A stretch of 64,000 nucleotides of DNA from Candidatus Poribacteria bacterium (GTDB taxonomy: Bacteria > Poribacteria > WGA-4E > WGA-3G): NCBI GenBank assembly GCA_965215265.1, contig OZ244048.1, positions 2,368,001 through 2,432,000 on the forward strand, written 5' to 3'. Below the pieces are notes generated by a model, which saw nothing but the letters and a program-made list of their open reading frames with translations, searched no databases and was not told where the DNA came from. Both the position numbers and the translations under genes were made by a program. Each line of letters starts with the position of its first letter. The stretch's first letter is position 1. Below are positions 49,517-60,063 of the stretch, one piece after another.

Positions 49517-49552
49517 CGTGTGCTCCAATTCATATTCCCCAAAACGTTCTTT

Positions 49553-50755
49553 TTATTCAAGCCCGGGTGTATCCGCTTCAAATCTAATCACCAGTTCTTC
49601 GCCTGTCAATTTTGCGCCGACCGGTTTTTTGTTGGCAATGCTGCGTGGCAGTGCCACATGGCGCTTGAACCCACCTATCGTGACGATTAATTCGTCTCCA
49701 TGTTTGGTAAGGTCAATTTCCTGCTTTGTCAAAAATGGAAGGTGCATCGTCAGTTGGTATGTGCCATCTTGCTTCCCAAATCGATAAGGGCTCCGGTCAG
49801 AAAACCGGCGTGCCGGATCCGTTTCGTGATAGAGGGTATCCGCCAACCGCTGCAATCCCGTTTTTCCGACGATTTCGTCGGAAAACAGGTTAACCTTCCA
49901 AATCGGCACGCCTGAAAAATAGTTAGATGCCTCTTGAATATAATGTTGTTGTGTCTGTTTCCATAGTTCAAAAAATTCCGTATCAATCGCTTGGGGGAAG
50001 ATGCGGTTGATAATCACAGCATCTATGCAGAGCCCATATAGACAGAAGTACATAAACGCACGCTGTGTCTCTTTGATGACAATTTTCTCTGGATTCGTTA
50101 CCAGACGCACGGTTGTGATTTTGGGATCTGTCAGAACATCATCAACGCCCTCCAATTTATTGAACAGGTCTTGAATGTTTTGGAAGTAGTTATCGCGTGG
50201 AATCGGCACGGAACTCACCCGTTCAATGACCGGTCCCGCAACTTTCGCCAAATTCCGCTCTAATTTAAAAATGCGGTTCATATACCACTCTAACGTTGTC
50301 GGAATACTAACGAACCGGAGGGATTCTCCGGTCGGTGCACAATCAAGGATGATGACATCATACGTCTCTTCTCGTACGTATTGATTGATATAGAGCAGCG
50401 CGCAAATTTCCTCCATCCCTGGGAAGACTGCGATCTCTTCCGCGACTAGTGTATCAAGGCCGGAGCGGTTCAGCAGAGAGCGGATGTAGTTGTAAACCTC
50501 GTCCCAATATTCGACAATCGCTTCCTGAATATTAATCTCTTGGATCCAGAGGTTTTTGGTAACCGCTATCTGTTTTTCTGTATGAATGAGTTTCTCTCCT
50601 GGAACGTCGCTATCAAAAGCGTCTCGAAGAGAGTGTGCCACATCCAGCGAAATCACGATAGTCTTGTAACCGAGGGCAGCCAGCTTCATGCCTGTTGCTG
50701 CCGCGATAGTTGTTTTGCCGACACCGCCTTTACCGGTGTAAAAAATAATTCGCAT
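49553..50755 (-). CDS. ArsA/Get3 (TRC40) family ATPase with C-terminal HSP20-like domain (Get3d type)
   Basis: GKGGVGKTT, S.D.AHSL, PGMEE, DCAPTGE.LR; C-terminal L.LPF..ELIV.IG..KR.V.LP. Confidence 0.9.
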   Translation of the reverse strand: MRIIFYTGKGGVGKTTIAAATGMKLAALGYKTIVISLDVAHSLRDAFDSDVPGEKLIHTEKQIAVTKNLWIQEINIQEAIVEYWDEVYNYIRSLLNRSGLDTLVAEEIAVFPGMEEICALLYINQYVREETYDVIILDCAPTGESLRFVSIPTTLEWYMNRIFKLERNLAKVAGPVIERVSSVPIPRDNYFQNIQDLFNKLEGVDDVLTDPKITTVRLVTNPEKIVIKETQRAFMYFCLYGLCIDAVIINRIFPQAIDTEFFELWKQTQQHYIQEASNYFSGVPIWKVNLFSDEIVGKTGLQRLADTLYHETDPARRFSDRSPYRFGKQDGTYQLTMHLPFLTKQEIDLTKHGDELIVTIGGFKRHVALPRSIANKKPVGAKLTGEELVIRFEADTPGLE

Positions 50756-51100
50756 CGTTTGAAATCCAATTTGCTCCTATCTGTATACCCTTTAAAGTAT
50801 ACCAAAAAAAATTGTGATTTGCAAGCAAGATATTGCAAAATTTACCTGAACCAGACGTGAACTTTCTCGCAGCCGTAGTTAGGTGGAAGCAGCAAAGCGC
50901 GTCATGAATCTAGGCATTAGCCTTCGAAGGCGATATGCACTGGTGGAATGCTATACATAGATTCGCGCTTGATTCGGAGCGACATGTTTATGGAAAACCA
51001 ATTTGGCTCACGCGGTGTGGCCTGTTTAGATGCCGGGCAGGCAGTTTCTAAACTAACGTTTATAAAAACTGATAGTCTCTAGCGCAATTCCAAAATAGTT

Positions 51101-51129
51101 TTGACAAACGGCTTTTTTTGTGGTATAAT
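51101..51129 (+). promoter_or_regulatory. Consensus sigma70 promoter of rplM-rpsI
   Basis: TTGACA-N17-TATAAT with TGn extension. Confidence 0.85.
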
Positions 51130-51200
51130 ATACAATAGCTTTGTGTTGGCAGAATCGCAGTTACATGCCACAAAACTTACGGGTTAAAGGACAAGAAATT

Positions 51201-51638
51201 ATGGTACTAAGAACCAAAACCTATTTTCCAAAAGCAGATAAAGAAATTAAATGGTACGTGGTCAGCGCGGAAGGGCAAATTTTGGGACGTTTAGCCTCGA
51301 AAATCGCCCAGGTACTCAGAGGGAAACACCATCCCCGATTCACTCCGCACGCAGACCTCGGCTTCAGGGTTGCTGTTGTTAACGCTGAAAAAGTGGTTGT
51401 CACTGGAAATAAGAAAAAACAGAAAACCTATTTTCGACATAGCGGCTACCCCGGGGGTGATAAATATCGCACCTTTGATGAACAGATGAACGTGAAGCCG
51501 GAGTCCATTATCTCCATGGCCGTCCAAGGAATGCTTCCAAAAAATCACCTCGGCAGGCAGCTGATGAAGGGGCTCAAAGTCTACACAGGACCGAATCACC
51601 CCCATCAAGCCCAGGAACCGGAAGTCTTAATATTTTAG
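51201..51638 (+). CDS. rplM: 50S ribosomal protein L13
   Basis: LGRLAS.IA..LRGKH.P.FTPH, HSGYPGG, HPHQAQ. Confidence 0.97.
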   Translation: MVLRTKTYFPKADKEIKWYVVSAEGQILGRLASKIAQVLRGKHHPRFTPHADLGFRVAVVNAEKVVVTGNKKKQKTYFRHSGYPGGDKYRTFDEQMNVKPESIISMAVQGMLPKNHLGRQLMKGLKVYTGPNHPHQAQEPEVLIF

Positions 51639-51686
51639 GAGAGGGAGGCGGATACGGCACCGCATCCATAAGAAGTGAGGAACAGA

Positions 51687-52082
51687 ATGGCTATTGAGCA
51701 ATATTGGGGAACCGGCAGACGTAAAACTTCGGTGGCGCGCGTCCGAATTATCCCCGACGCGGAAGCAGGCATTATCGTCAATAAAAAACCGATTGACGAA
51801 TATTTCAATCGCGCAGACCACGTTCAAGTCGCACAAAGACCTATTGAACATGTCGAGAAACTTGGAGATTACGGAATTTTCGTCAACGTGAAGGGCGGTG
51901 GAAATACCGGACAGGCCGGCGCGATTTCCCATGGACTCGCACGCGCACTCGTTAAAGCAGACGAGACTTTGAAGCCTGCCTTGAAAAAGGCAGGATTTTT
52001 AACACGTGACCCAAGAATGGTTGAACGCAAGAAATACGGGCAAAAAGGGGCACGGGCACGCTACCAATTCTCAAAACGTTAA
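51687..52082 (+). CDS. rpsI: 30S ribosomal protein S9
   Basis: [45 protein letters not shown]. Confidence 0.97.
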   Translation: MAIEQYWGTGRRKTSVARVRIIPDAEAGIIVNKKPIDEYFNRADHVQVAQRPIEHVEKLGDYGIFVNVKGGGNTGQAGAISHGLARALVKADETLKPALKKAGFLTRDPRMVERKKYGQKGARARYQFSKR

Positions 52083-52228
52083 AAATTTCTCGACAGATAT
52101 CAAACGCCGTTCTCATAGACGAACCTGAGCAGTTACAAACATCTTTTAGAGAATTACGCACATTTTTGATCTTCATAATATCTCTTGGACACTGACACGC
52201 TTGGGCAAAACTGAAGGATCTATTAAAT

Positions 52229-53515
52229 ATGTCTAACATGGTTATCTTAGGCGCGCAGTGGGGCGACGAAAGTAAAGGGAAACTCACCGACGTTTTTGCA
52301 GAAAACGCCGATATTGTCGCACGTTATCAGGGCGGGGATAACGCCGGACATACCATTGTCCTTGGAGACAAGACGTTTATCCTGCATCTCATCCCCTCCG
52401 GAATCCTCCGGCCCGGTACTGTCAACGTCATTGGAAACGGGGTTGTCATTAATTTAGAAACCCTTTTCGGTGAAATCGATCTGTTAAGCGCACAAGACAT
52501 TGAGGTTACCAGCCAAAACCTGAAAATTAGTGACCGGGCACACCTAATTTTGCCTTATCATAAACTTGTCGAACAGTGGCAGCAGATGGGAAGTGGCATA
52601 AAAATCGGCACCACTTCGCGTGGAATCGGACCTACTTATTCTGACAAGATGAATCGATACACCGGTATACGCGTCGGAGACCTGCTTGACTTTGACTGCT
52701 TTAAAAAGAAGTTGGATTACAACCTTGAAACTAAAGCAGAGGCGCTTCAAATCGCTACTCTGGATAGGCACGCCTTACTTGAAACCTACTACGGCTACGC
52801 CCAACGTCTCGCACCTTACGTAACCGATACGGTGAACTACATGCACAACGTACTCACTGCCCAAAAACGAATACTCTTTGAAGGCGCGCAGGGAACTATG
52901 TTGGACATTGACTTTGGTACTTATCCGTATGTCACATCCTCTAACTGTACCGCAGGAGCGGTTTGCGCCGGACTCGGTATCGGACCCAAAGCGATTAATA
53001 AAGTGATGGGAGTTTCAAAGGCTTATGTGACGCGCGTCGGCGGCGGACCGTTCCCGACAGAAATGCACCCCGAGCTCGATGAAGAAATTCGGAATATCGG
53101 TAAGGAGTACGGGGCTACAACACAGCGGCCCCGGAGATGTGGATGGCTTGACCTCGTAGCACTTCAATACGCAACCCGAATTAACGGATTCACCGCCATC
53201 GCTATGACAAAATTGGATGTCTTTGATACACTTCCCGAGCTGCAAGTCTGTGTCGCTTACCGCTATAACGGAAAAGAGACGACGACCTTTCCCAGTAGCA
53301 CGCGGGTTTTGGAGGAGTGTGAACCGGTTTATGAAACCTTCCCCGGATGGCAACAGCCACTTACGCAGGCACGGATACCTGAAGACATCCCCAAAAATAC
53401 AAAAGCCTATATTGATTATGTAAGCGAATATCTCAATGTTCCCATTCCGATTATCTCTGTCGGACCTGATAGAGCTCAGATCGTTACCTTGGATTCGAGT
53501 CACGTTTCTATCTAA
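52229..53515 (+). CDS. purA: Adenylosuccinate synthetase
   Basis: GAQWGDESKGK, NAGHT, EGAQG, YPYVTSS, RPRRCGWLD. Confidence 0.96.
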   Translation: MSNMVILGAQWGDESKGKLTDVFAENADIVARYQGGDNAGHTIVLGDKTFILHLIPSGILRPGTVNVIGNGVVINLETLFGEIDLLSAQDIEVTSQNLKISDRAHLILPYHKLVEQWQQMGSGIKIGTTSRGIGPTYSDKMNRYTGIRVGDLLDFDCFKKKLDYNLETKAEALQIATLDRHALLETYYGYAQRLAPYVTDTVNYMHNVLTAQKRILFEGAQGTMLDIDFGTYPYVTSSNCTAGAVCAGLGIGPKAINKVMGVSKAYVTRVGGGPFPTEMHPELDEEIRNIGKEYGATTQRPRRCGWLDLVALQYATRINGFTAIAMTKLDVFDTLPELQVCVAYRYNGKETTTFPSSTRVLEECEPVYETFPGWQQPLTQARIPEDIPKNTKAYIDYVSEYLNVPIPIISVGPDRAQIVTLDSSHVSI

Positions 53516-53717
53516 GCAAATCTGATATCGTCCAAGAATAAGTGAGCACTTAAAGTAATATGAGCGAAAGTGTTTCCTTGTTTTGAACTAATTTCGCCCG
53601 CCTCGTGCCAACTGAACAGAAAAATAACTGAATAATTCGACATTGCATCGCCAGGGCAGCGAACTGACTTCAAACTGCAACAGGAACAACGAAAAAACAA
53701 TTTTTCTACGTTTTAAT

Positions 53718-53746
53718 TTGACATTCGGCTAAAAATGTGGTATCCT
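53718..53746 (+). promoter_or_regulatory. Promoter of the tRNA pair
   Basis: TTGACA-N17-TATCCT with TGn extension. Confidence 0.7.
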
Positions 53747-53766
53747 TAAATATCGCTCATTAATTT

Positions 53767-53839
53767 GAGCCGTTAGCTCAGTAGGTAGAGCATCTGACTT
53801 TTAATCAGGTTGTCACAGGTTCGATTCCTGTACGGCTCA
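53767..53839 (+). tRNA. tRNA-Lys(TTT), CCA not encoded
   Basis: Acceptor GAGCCGT/ACGGCTC, anticodon loop CTTTTAA, T arm GGTTCGATTCC. Confidence 0.95.
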
Positions 53840-53880
53840 TGTTATAACCTAAAATAGCGAAGATTTCTCAAAAAAAATAC

Positions 53881-53955
<75 letters not shown>

Positions 53956-54017
53956 TCCTTCCCTCTTTCTCAATACGGGCATCAGAACCAGCCCGCTACT
54001 TTCATTGTTGTTTGCTA

Positions 54018-54062
54018 AAGCAGTCAAGTCCTCCCCCACACATAGGGCTTGACTACTTTTTC
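54018..54062 (+). terminator. Intrinsic terminator after the tRNAs
   Basis: AGTCAAGTCCT/AGGGCTTGACT stem followed by T6. Confidence 0.75.
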
Positions 54063-54342
54063 GTGAAGGAAAAACAGCGAGTCTTTACATAAAGAGAGAA
54101 AAAGCAATTTGTCGGAAGCTACACCTTTTCAGAAGTCGATGAACCGGCCCGACAACAAGCATCACTGCCACATCCTTTTTTTCATTGATGGATTTTACCC
54201 GAAATTTCTCCATAAGGCAATGCTCTCGAAAAATGAACTTCGAAAACCCGTTTCATGATATAATGATATCATAATCTGTCAGCGCGATGAGTCTTTTTCT
54301 CCGTATACATCATGAGGTTCGACTTCCAGGGTACAAATACCG

Positions 54343-56445
54343 ATGACTTCACATGCCCCTTTTGTGGTACCACTGCTACTTCTCTGCCCCGCTTTGGGAA
54401 TTTGCCAATCCCCGGATGGTAGCCTGCAATCCAAAATCATTCGTGGACAAGTTACAGATGAACTGGATAATCCTCTCGCTGGATACGTCATTTCAGCAGT
54501 TTCACCAACAAGTGACGTGACTTTTGCTGATAGGACGAACCAAGCTGGGAAATTTTCGCTCGTGAATCTGCATGCTGGAACATGGTTGCTGCAAGTCCGC
54601 TACGACAGCATACTTATCACACAACGAGGGATTACCGTTAGCCGAAGTTTCTCCGAAATTGACACCTATTTTACCATAAAAGGCAACGGGACGCTGTCTG
54701 GATTTCTAATCGAGACTCACAGCCAACTTCCTGCACAGATTGATGGAGACATCCATATCGCACGTCTTGAAGCCAATAGTGAAACATATTCAAGCCTATA
54801 TAGCGGTGATGTTTCGAACGGCTGTTTTGAAGTCAGAAACCTGTTGCCAGGGCGATACGTTATGATTGATGCCTTCAAAGGGTACATTTTTAACCAACCT
54901 GATTCGCCTATCTTGACGATTTATCCTGATAACCATGTAGGCGGTGTAGAACTACTTTTGAAGCAAGGGGCATTGCTGCATGGCAATTTCGTTGACGCTA
55001 AAAATGGAGCGTCCATTTCTGGTGTCAACGTTCAAGTCGCATCCGAAAAAAGCGATAGTGTCTATCCGAATTGGGAGTTCATGCACGAAACAGAGACGGA
55101 TACAGACGGCACATTTTGGCTCACAACCCCGAATGACGCTCATGAGTATTACCGCTTTTCTATCATCGCCCTGCATCCGCGTTATCAAGCACAACGTTTC
55201 CGTTTTGACCTGTCCCCTCACAACAGCACATACCACTTAGGTGATATTGCCTTGAAACGGATGCTCTCCTTAGAAGGCAATGTCTCCGGGCCGAAAGGGG
55301 GGTATGTCGAAGGGCTCGTCGTTCGCTTGAAAATGCACACCACCTCAGCCAATTTCTTTCGTCCAGCAGCAGAGACGGAGCTCACAACACAAACCGATTC
55401 GCAAGGTAAATTCGTTTTTCATCAACTCTATCCGATTGAATACACGTTGACAATTTCTCGGAATGATGTTATTGTAGCCTATGCGGAGACAGTCCATCCA
55501 GAAAATCGGAACCGAATTTCAGTGCGCTTGCCGCAACTCAAGAGGCTACACGGGAAGGTTGTAGATGGGCAGCAGATGCCAATAGCTGCAGCTGAAATTT
55601 CGGCGACACGGTATAGCGAGGCACCGTCCGCACACAGTGTCCTGCTAACGAAAGCCGAAACCGAGGCAGACGGGACGTTTGAGATGCAAGTATTAGAGAC
55701 GCAAGCACAGTTACTTTCTGTGGATATCGGAAAAAGCGGCTATTTTTCTACCGTTTACGAAAACGTGGAGATTGCAGCAGTGCCTTTGCTCGTGACGCTT
55801 GAAAAAGGCGTGACACTGACAGGGAAACTGATTTTACCTATGAACGTTCCGCTTGATGGATATTACGGTGTCAAGATATTTCCGGCAGATGCACAAATCA
55901 GAACCACGCTAAATCCGCTGACACTACAGAAGCCGCTGCTCTCAAAATGGTTTCCGGTAACGCAGTCCAATTTCACAATAGAAAGCCTCTTTGCAGAAAA
56001 ATATCAGCTGTACATTGTCGGTCCGGGTATCGCGGCTTCTGGTATAGAAGTAGATACAGAAACCGGTCGTGAAAATATCTTCATCGTGGCGGATGTACCC
56101 ACACAAACACTACAGGGACAAGTACGCGATGCAAGCACAGGGGAACCCGTCCGCAACGCGCTTGTCTTGCGTTCATGGTACCCGTGGGAATTAGAGCCTT
56201 ACGATATGTCAATGACGTTGGATAGATTTGAAACAGAAACGGATGAAGAAGGACAATTTATTTTTCCAGACCTGACCTGGGGCCCTTATCAATTGCGTAT
56301 CCTGAGCGTCAAAAGGGTATTCGACAAGGCGAGTGGTACCTACCGGCAAACGCACGCACAGAAGCAGATTGACTTCATATATCCGAAGGAACTAAATCCA
56401 TATTGCATCTATTTAGGGCGACAGGATGGAAGAACGTTCAAATAG
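54343..56445 (+). CDS. Secreted protein with repeated carboxypeptidase-regulatory-like (prealbumin fold) domains
   Basis: Signal peptide; repeated G.V.D...G.P(I/V)..A.V and TD..G.F....L..G.Y.L units. Confidence 0.8.
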   Translation: MTSHAPFVVPLLLLCPALGICQSPDGSLQSKIIRGQVTDELDNPLAGYVISAVSPTSDVTFADRTNQAGKFSLVNLHAGTWLLQVRYDSILITQRGITVSRSFSEIDTYFTIKGNGTLSGFLIETHSQLPAQIDGDIHIARLEANSETYSSLYSGDVSNGCFEVRNLLPGRYVMIDAFKGYIFNQPDSPILTIYPDNHVGGVELLLKQGALLHGNFVDAKNGASISGVNVQVASEKSDSVYPNWEFMHETETDTDGTFWLTTPNDAHEYYRFSIIALHPRYQAQRFRFDLSPHNSTYHLGDIALKRMLSLEGNVSGPKGGYVEGLVVRLKMHTTSANFFRPAAETELTTQTDSQGKFVFHQLYPIEYTLTISRNDVIVAYAETVHPENRNRISVRLPQLKRLHGKVVDGQQMPIAAAEISATRYSEAPSAHSVLLTKAETEADGTFEMQVLETQAQLLSVDIGKSGYFSTVYENVEIAAVPLLVTLEKGVTLTGKLILPMNVPLDGYYGVKIFPADAQIRTTLNPLTLQKPLLSKWFPVTQSNFTIESLFAEKYQLYIVGPGIAASGIEVDTETGRENIFIVADVPTQTLQGQVRDASTGEPVRNALVLRSWYPWELEPYDMSMTLDRFETETDEEGQFIFPDLTWGPYQLRILSVKRVFDKASGTYRQTHAQKQIDFIYPKELNPYCIYLGRQDGRTFK

Positions 56446-56494
56446 GCAGATTTCAGACTACCGACAGCGGCAACGCAAAAGAAAACAGGAGATC

Positions 56495-57217
56495 ATGAAC
56501 CGTATCCACATCTTCATCTTACTGCTCTTCATATCTGTTTTGGAAGCTGCCACAGCACGGATTTGGCAGGATGACTTCGTCTCTGAGGTATCCACCCCCG
56601 CTGAGCAAACAGAGAATTGGCAGCTCAAAGGAAATGAGTCGATATGGAACGTCAAGGATGATTTGCTAAGGGCAGAGCTTCGCCCCCGGAAACAAGTCGG
56701 CGTTATCTTTGAGCAGCTTGAATTCGTAGCACTGCCAGGACCTTATGCTGATTTTACGATTACATTAGAAACAGTTGGCGTTGAGGCTGCGCGATTCGGG
56801 ATTGCCCTGGGGAAAATTTTTAAGAAAGAACCGATGCAAGAACCTGAACCCCAACGAGACATCGAAGATATAGGGTACTATCTCTTTTTTACAAATGATA
56901 TGGGGGTAGCCAGAAATGCAAGTGTGCAGGTCGGCGCGGGACAACGCTGGAACACGGATACGCTGGAACAGATGGAGCTGCGTTTTAAAGCAGGCAGGTT
57001 TCAACTGTGGGCTGATGGTGACGCACGCCTCGATTTTGAAGATGCCAATTTTTATACAATCCATCGCATCAGTTTTGTACTCGCCGGTTTTGTTCCGAAT
57101 AATGGGAACGTCGGAAAAGCTTGGGTGGATGCATTTACGTTTGAAACGCCATCGCTTAACGTCTCGCAGAGAGAGAAATTAACAACACGCTGGGCAGCCA
57201 TTAAGCAGGATAGATAG
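56495..57217 (+). CDS. Secreted beta-sandwich-like protein with C-terminal KLTTRWAAIK tail
   Basis: AGGAG RBS; signal peptide; paralog of 58282-58971. Confidence 0.75.
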   Translation: MNRIHIFILLLFISVLEAATARIWQDDFVSEVSTPAEQTENWQLKGNESIWNVKDDLLRAELRPRKQVGVIFEQLEFVALPGPYADFTITLETVGVEAARFGIALGKIFKKEPMQEPEPQRDIEDIGYYLFFTNDMGVARNASVQVGAGQRWNTDTLEQMELRFKAGRFQLWADGDARLDFEDANFYTIHRISFVLAGFVPNNGNVGKAWVDAFTFETPSLNVSQREKLTTRWAAIKQDR

Positions 57218-57228
57218 GAACTGCAGTT

Positions 57229-57990
57229 GTGCGAAACGACAAGAAAAAAAATCATGAATACCTAAATGTGCTTGTTGCGGTGCTCTTACCGATTGTTGTA
57301 TTAGCGATTGGATTCTGGGGCACTTTAGCACGGGCACGGCTGAATCCTGGTGAAAGTGCCAAACCGTTCGGTTCGGGGAGTTACTACAGAACGCCCGGCA
57401 AAGGCGGACAATGGTTCGGTCCTGAAGTCAATTCTCTGACACTTTGCCCCGGTGTTCACAATCCTTACAACAATCGGGGGCTGTTTGACATTGCAGAAAC
57501 GATCGAACAAGCAGAAGTGTCGGCTTCACGCATCCGAGGCGCTTTACATTGGTACCGAGCACAAAAATGGTATTTTCGCACATCGCACACACCCTGGGGC
57601 ACCAATTACGCCTATATTACGTTGCGGGACGACCTCGGATGGAGCGAGATTAATGCAGGCAGCGGCACCACAGGATATCCGTGGAGTGGTACTGAGAGAC
57701 ATTGGCGTGACGGCGGTATTATTAGAGCACAAGCCACAGTCACTGGATGGCGACGGTACCCCCGTGGTCAGGAACGTTGGGTTTGCCCCATGTACTATAA
57801 AACCGGCGGCTGGGGCGACGAAAGTTTGGAAGTCAACTGCAAAACATTGAAAACCTGGTTCCCTCCAGATTGGGATGTTCTCAAACAGAAAGACGGAGAC
57901 TTCGGTCCGCCTACTGAACGCAAACCGGGCATTCTCAGTCGAAAAGGGAAAAAGACTAAGCGGTGGTACGATTGTATCAAGATTAATTAA
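57229..57990 (+). CDS. Exported or membrane-anchored W/Y/G-rich basic hypothetical protein
   Basis: GTG after AGGA; N-terminal hydrophobic helix; 4 Cys. Confidence 0.65.
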   Translation: MRNDKKKNHEYLNVLVAVLLPIVVLAIGFWGTLARARLNPGESAKPFGSGSYYRTPGKGGQWFGPEVNSLTLCPGVHNPYNNRGLFDIAETIEQAEVSASRIRGALHWYRAQKWYFRTSHTPWGTNYAYITLRDDLGWSEINAGSGTTGYPWSGTERHWRDGGIIRAQATVTGWRRYPRGQERWVCPMYYKTGGWGDESLEVNCKTLKTWFPPDWDVLKQKDGDFGPPTERKPGILSRKGKKTKRWYDCIKIN

Positions 57991-58281
57991 CAGTGATTGA
58001 AGAATCATAACCTAGAATGGCTCTGGCGAGCTATAGATTGGCAGGATAAGGTATTCTGCCAAGATTTACACACGAGTTATCATTACATAGACGTTGATGG
58101 TCCGGAGATTCTTTCGTCTACAGGAGCCCCATAAAGGCTGCTGCTATATTAAATCCTTTACAAATCTCATCGGAGCCGTTTATGTCTACGATTTTAAAGA
58201 CATTACCTAGTTAACCTCCGACGAGATTTACATCGGATTTAACAACACATAACCCTTGATGGGGCTGAAATATACAAAAAT

Positions 58282-58971
58282 ATGACAAAAATCATATCAC
58301 TTTGCTTGCTGATCGGTTGCATCCCGCCCGCCTCTGCAGATATTTGGCATGACGATTTTGATGTCGAAAACCCAGACGCATGGCATATCGTCGGCAATGC
58401 TGCAGTCTGGACAGTGGAAGATGGGTTTTTACGTGCACGGGTTCAGCGCGAATGGGAGCTGCAATATGAGCTCTATCAATTTCATGCTTTTCCGGCACCC
58501 TATCGCCACTTCACTGTCACCATCAACAATTTTGGCGGAGACAAGGCCCGGTTCGGTTTCACTCTCGGAAAGAATTTTCCAGATACGCCCTTCGAAGATC
58601 CGTTTTTTTACGTTTTTTTCACCGACGAAATCCGAGCACGCCGGTTTAACGGCAAAGGAAGCAGCCACCCGTTTGAGGTACGCGTCTCCAAAGAACCTCG
58701 AATTCGTTGGGACACAGAAATACTCACAAAAATGGAGTTGCGTTTTAACGTCGGCGATTTCCAACTGTTCGCTAATGGCGAGCTTCGGGCTGAATTCCAA
58801 GATGCTAACTTTGATCAGATCGAAATTCTCGGGTTCGTTATGGAAGGCATCAATATCGCAAACGAGTGGGTAGCCGAAGCCTGGGCAGATTCTTTCACGA
58901 TTTCTGGACCAACACTCAACGTTTCCGACAAACAGAAACTCGCCACGATGTGGGGTGAACTCAAGAAATAG
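58282..58971 (+). CDS. Secreted beta-sandwich-like protein with C-terminal KLATMWGELK tail
   Basis: Shares IW.DDF..W.V.D..LRA..MELRF..G.FQL.A.G..R..F.DANF with the 56495 gene. Confidence 0.75.
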   Translation: MTKIISLCLLIGCIPPASADIWHDDFDVENPDAWHIVGNAAVWTVEDGFLRARVQREWELQYELYQFHAFPAPYRHFTVTINNFGGDKARFGFTLGKNFPDTPFEDPFFYVFFTDEIRARRFNGKGSSHPFEVRVSKEPRIRWDTEILTKMELRFNVGDFQLFANGELRAEFQDANFDQIEILGFVMEGINIANEWVAEAWADSFTISGPTLNVSDKQKLATMWGELKK

Positions 58972-58996
58972 TCAGCCTTGCTATTAGGACGCGGAA

Positions 58997-60028
58997 ATGC
59001 AAAAACGTGCATGGATAGTCACATCCATCATCCCGGCCCTGCTTATCTGTGGAACCGTCGTTGTACTACTCAATAATCAGCGAGAACTTCCCGGTGAGTT
59101 AGTGCTTGCTCAAGAGCGCATCGACTTTGGAGCTGTTGCGGTGTGGGAGGGACCCGTCACCAAGAGTCTCACAGCGAGAAACGTAGGCGAAACCCGCCTT
59201 CAAATTGGCAGAATTCAACCAGGCTGCACTTATGCTCAGATTGAGGGACCTAGTGTGCTCCCTCCCAGAGCGGACGGAACGTTCAAAATTGTCCTAAATC
59301 CTGAAACGCTTCCACCGGACCCGCGCCCTACAACGGCGACGTTTTTCACGGATAGCCCCAAAACACCACAAGTCTATTTGACAATTGTCGCTTCCACCGT
59401 CCCATTTGCTGCACTGAGCGCCGAGATTTGCGATTTCGGAGCCATCCTACCAAACACACAGCATAAAAAGAAGGTTGAACTCTATCTGAACGCCCCGCTG
59501 AACTTGGATGCAGTCCGGCTCCTACCATCAAATCAACCCTCTTTAACCTGGGAAATGGAACGAGAGCTAGGGCATCACACAGCACCGCTAACCGCACTCC
59601 TGACGGTTCATTTAGGCCCCTTGCAAAACAGAAAACGCTTTTCCGGCCAACTCACGGTTGCTTTTCCGAACGAACGGACGTTGACGCTGCCCGTCATCGC
59701 CCACGTTGTCGGCCCCGTGACAGTACAGCCACAAACCCTTTCCTACGGAGCCATCCCATCTGAAACAGAGCCTACGTTAGAAGTCACACTGTCCGCGAAA
59801 ACGCCTTTTGAAGTCCTAAACGTAGAAGCACCGGAGGTTTTGCAGGTGGTGTTCCAGGCGGAGGCACTCTCTGTCGCACAAAACCGGAAACGCCTAAAAA
59901 TTGTGTGGAAATCCTCAAATTCGCCTCAATTGCTGCGTGAAGAAATACGAGTCAAGACCACGGCAGACGCTTTAACTCTCCGCATACCTGTTTATGGATT
60001 CAGAACTCACGCAACTTCAGAACCCTAA
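58997..60028 (+). CDS. DUF1573-domain Ig-like membrane-anchored protein
   Basis: DFG.V..RNVG...L.I..I.PGCT; three Ig-like repeats. Confidence 0.75.
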   Translation: MQKRAWIVTSIIPALLICGTVVVLLNNQRELPGELVLAQERIDFGAVAVWEGPVTKSLTARNVGETRLQIGRIQPGCTYAQIEGPSVLPPRADGTFKIVLNPETLPPDPRPTTATFFTDSPKTPQVYLTIVASTVPFAALSAEICDFGAILPNTQHKKKVELYLNAPLNLDAVRLLPSNQPSLTWEMERELGHHTAPLTALLTVHLGPLQNRKRFSGQLTVAFPNERTLTLPVIAHVVGPVTVQPQTLSYGAIPSETEPTLEVTLSAKTPFEVLNVEAPEVLQVVFQAEALSVAQNRKRLKIVWKSSNSPQLLREEIRVKTTADALTLRIPVYGFRTHATSEP

Positions 60029-60063
60029 CCCAATGGGTGGCAGGTAAAAGGTAATCTTGTCTC

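Noticed and set aside
49553-50755. Arsenic resistance ArsA
   Set aside because: Single ATPase domain with HSP20-like tail and no arsB/C/D/R nearby; fits the Get3-like group.
54255-54277. Fur-box-like ATGATATAATGATATCATAATC
   Set aside because: Spacing is one base off the 7-1-7 consensus, it overlaps a likely -10 element, and no iron genes follow.
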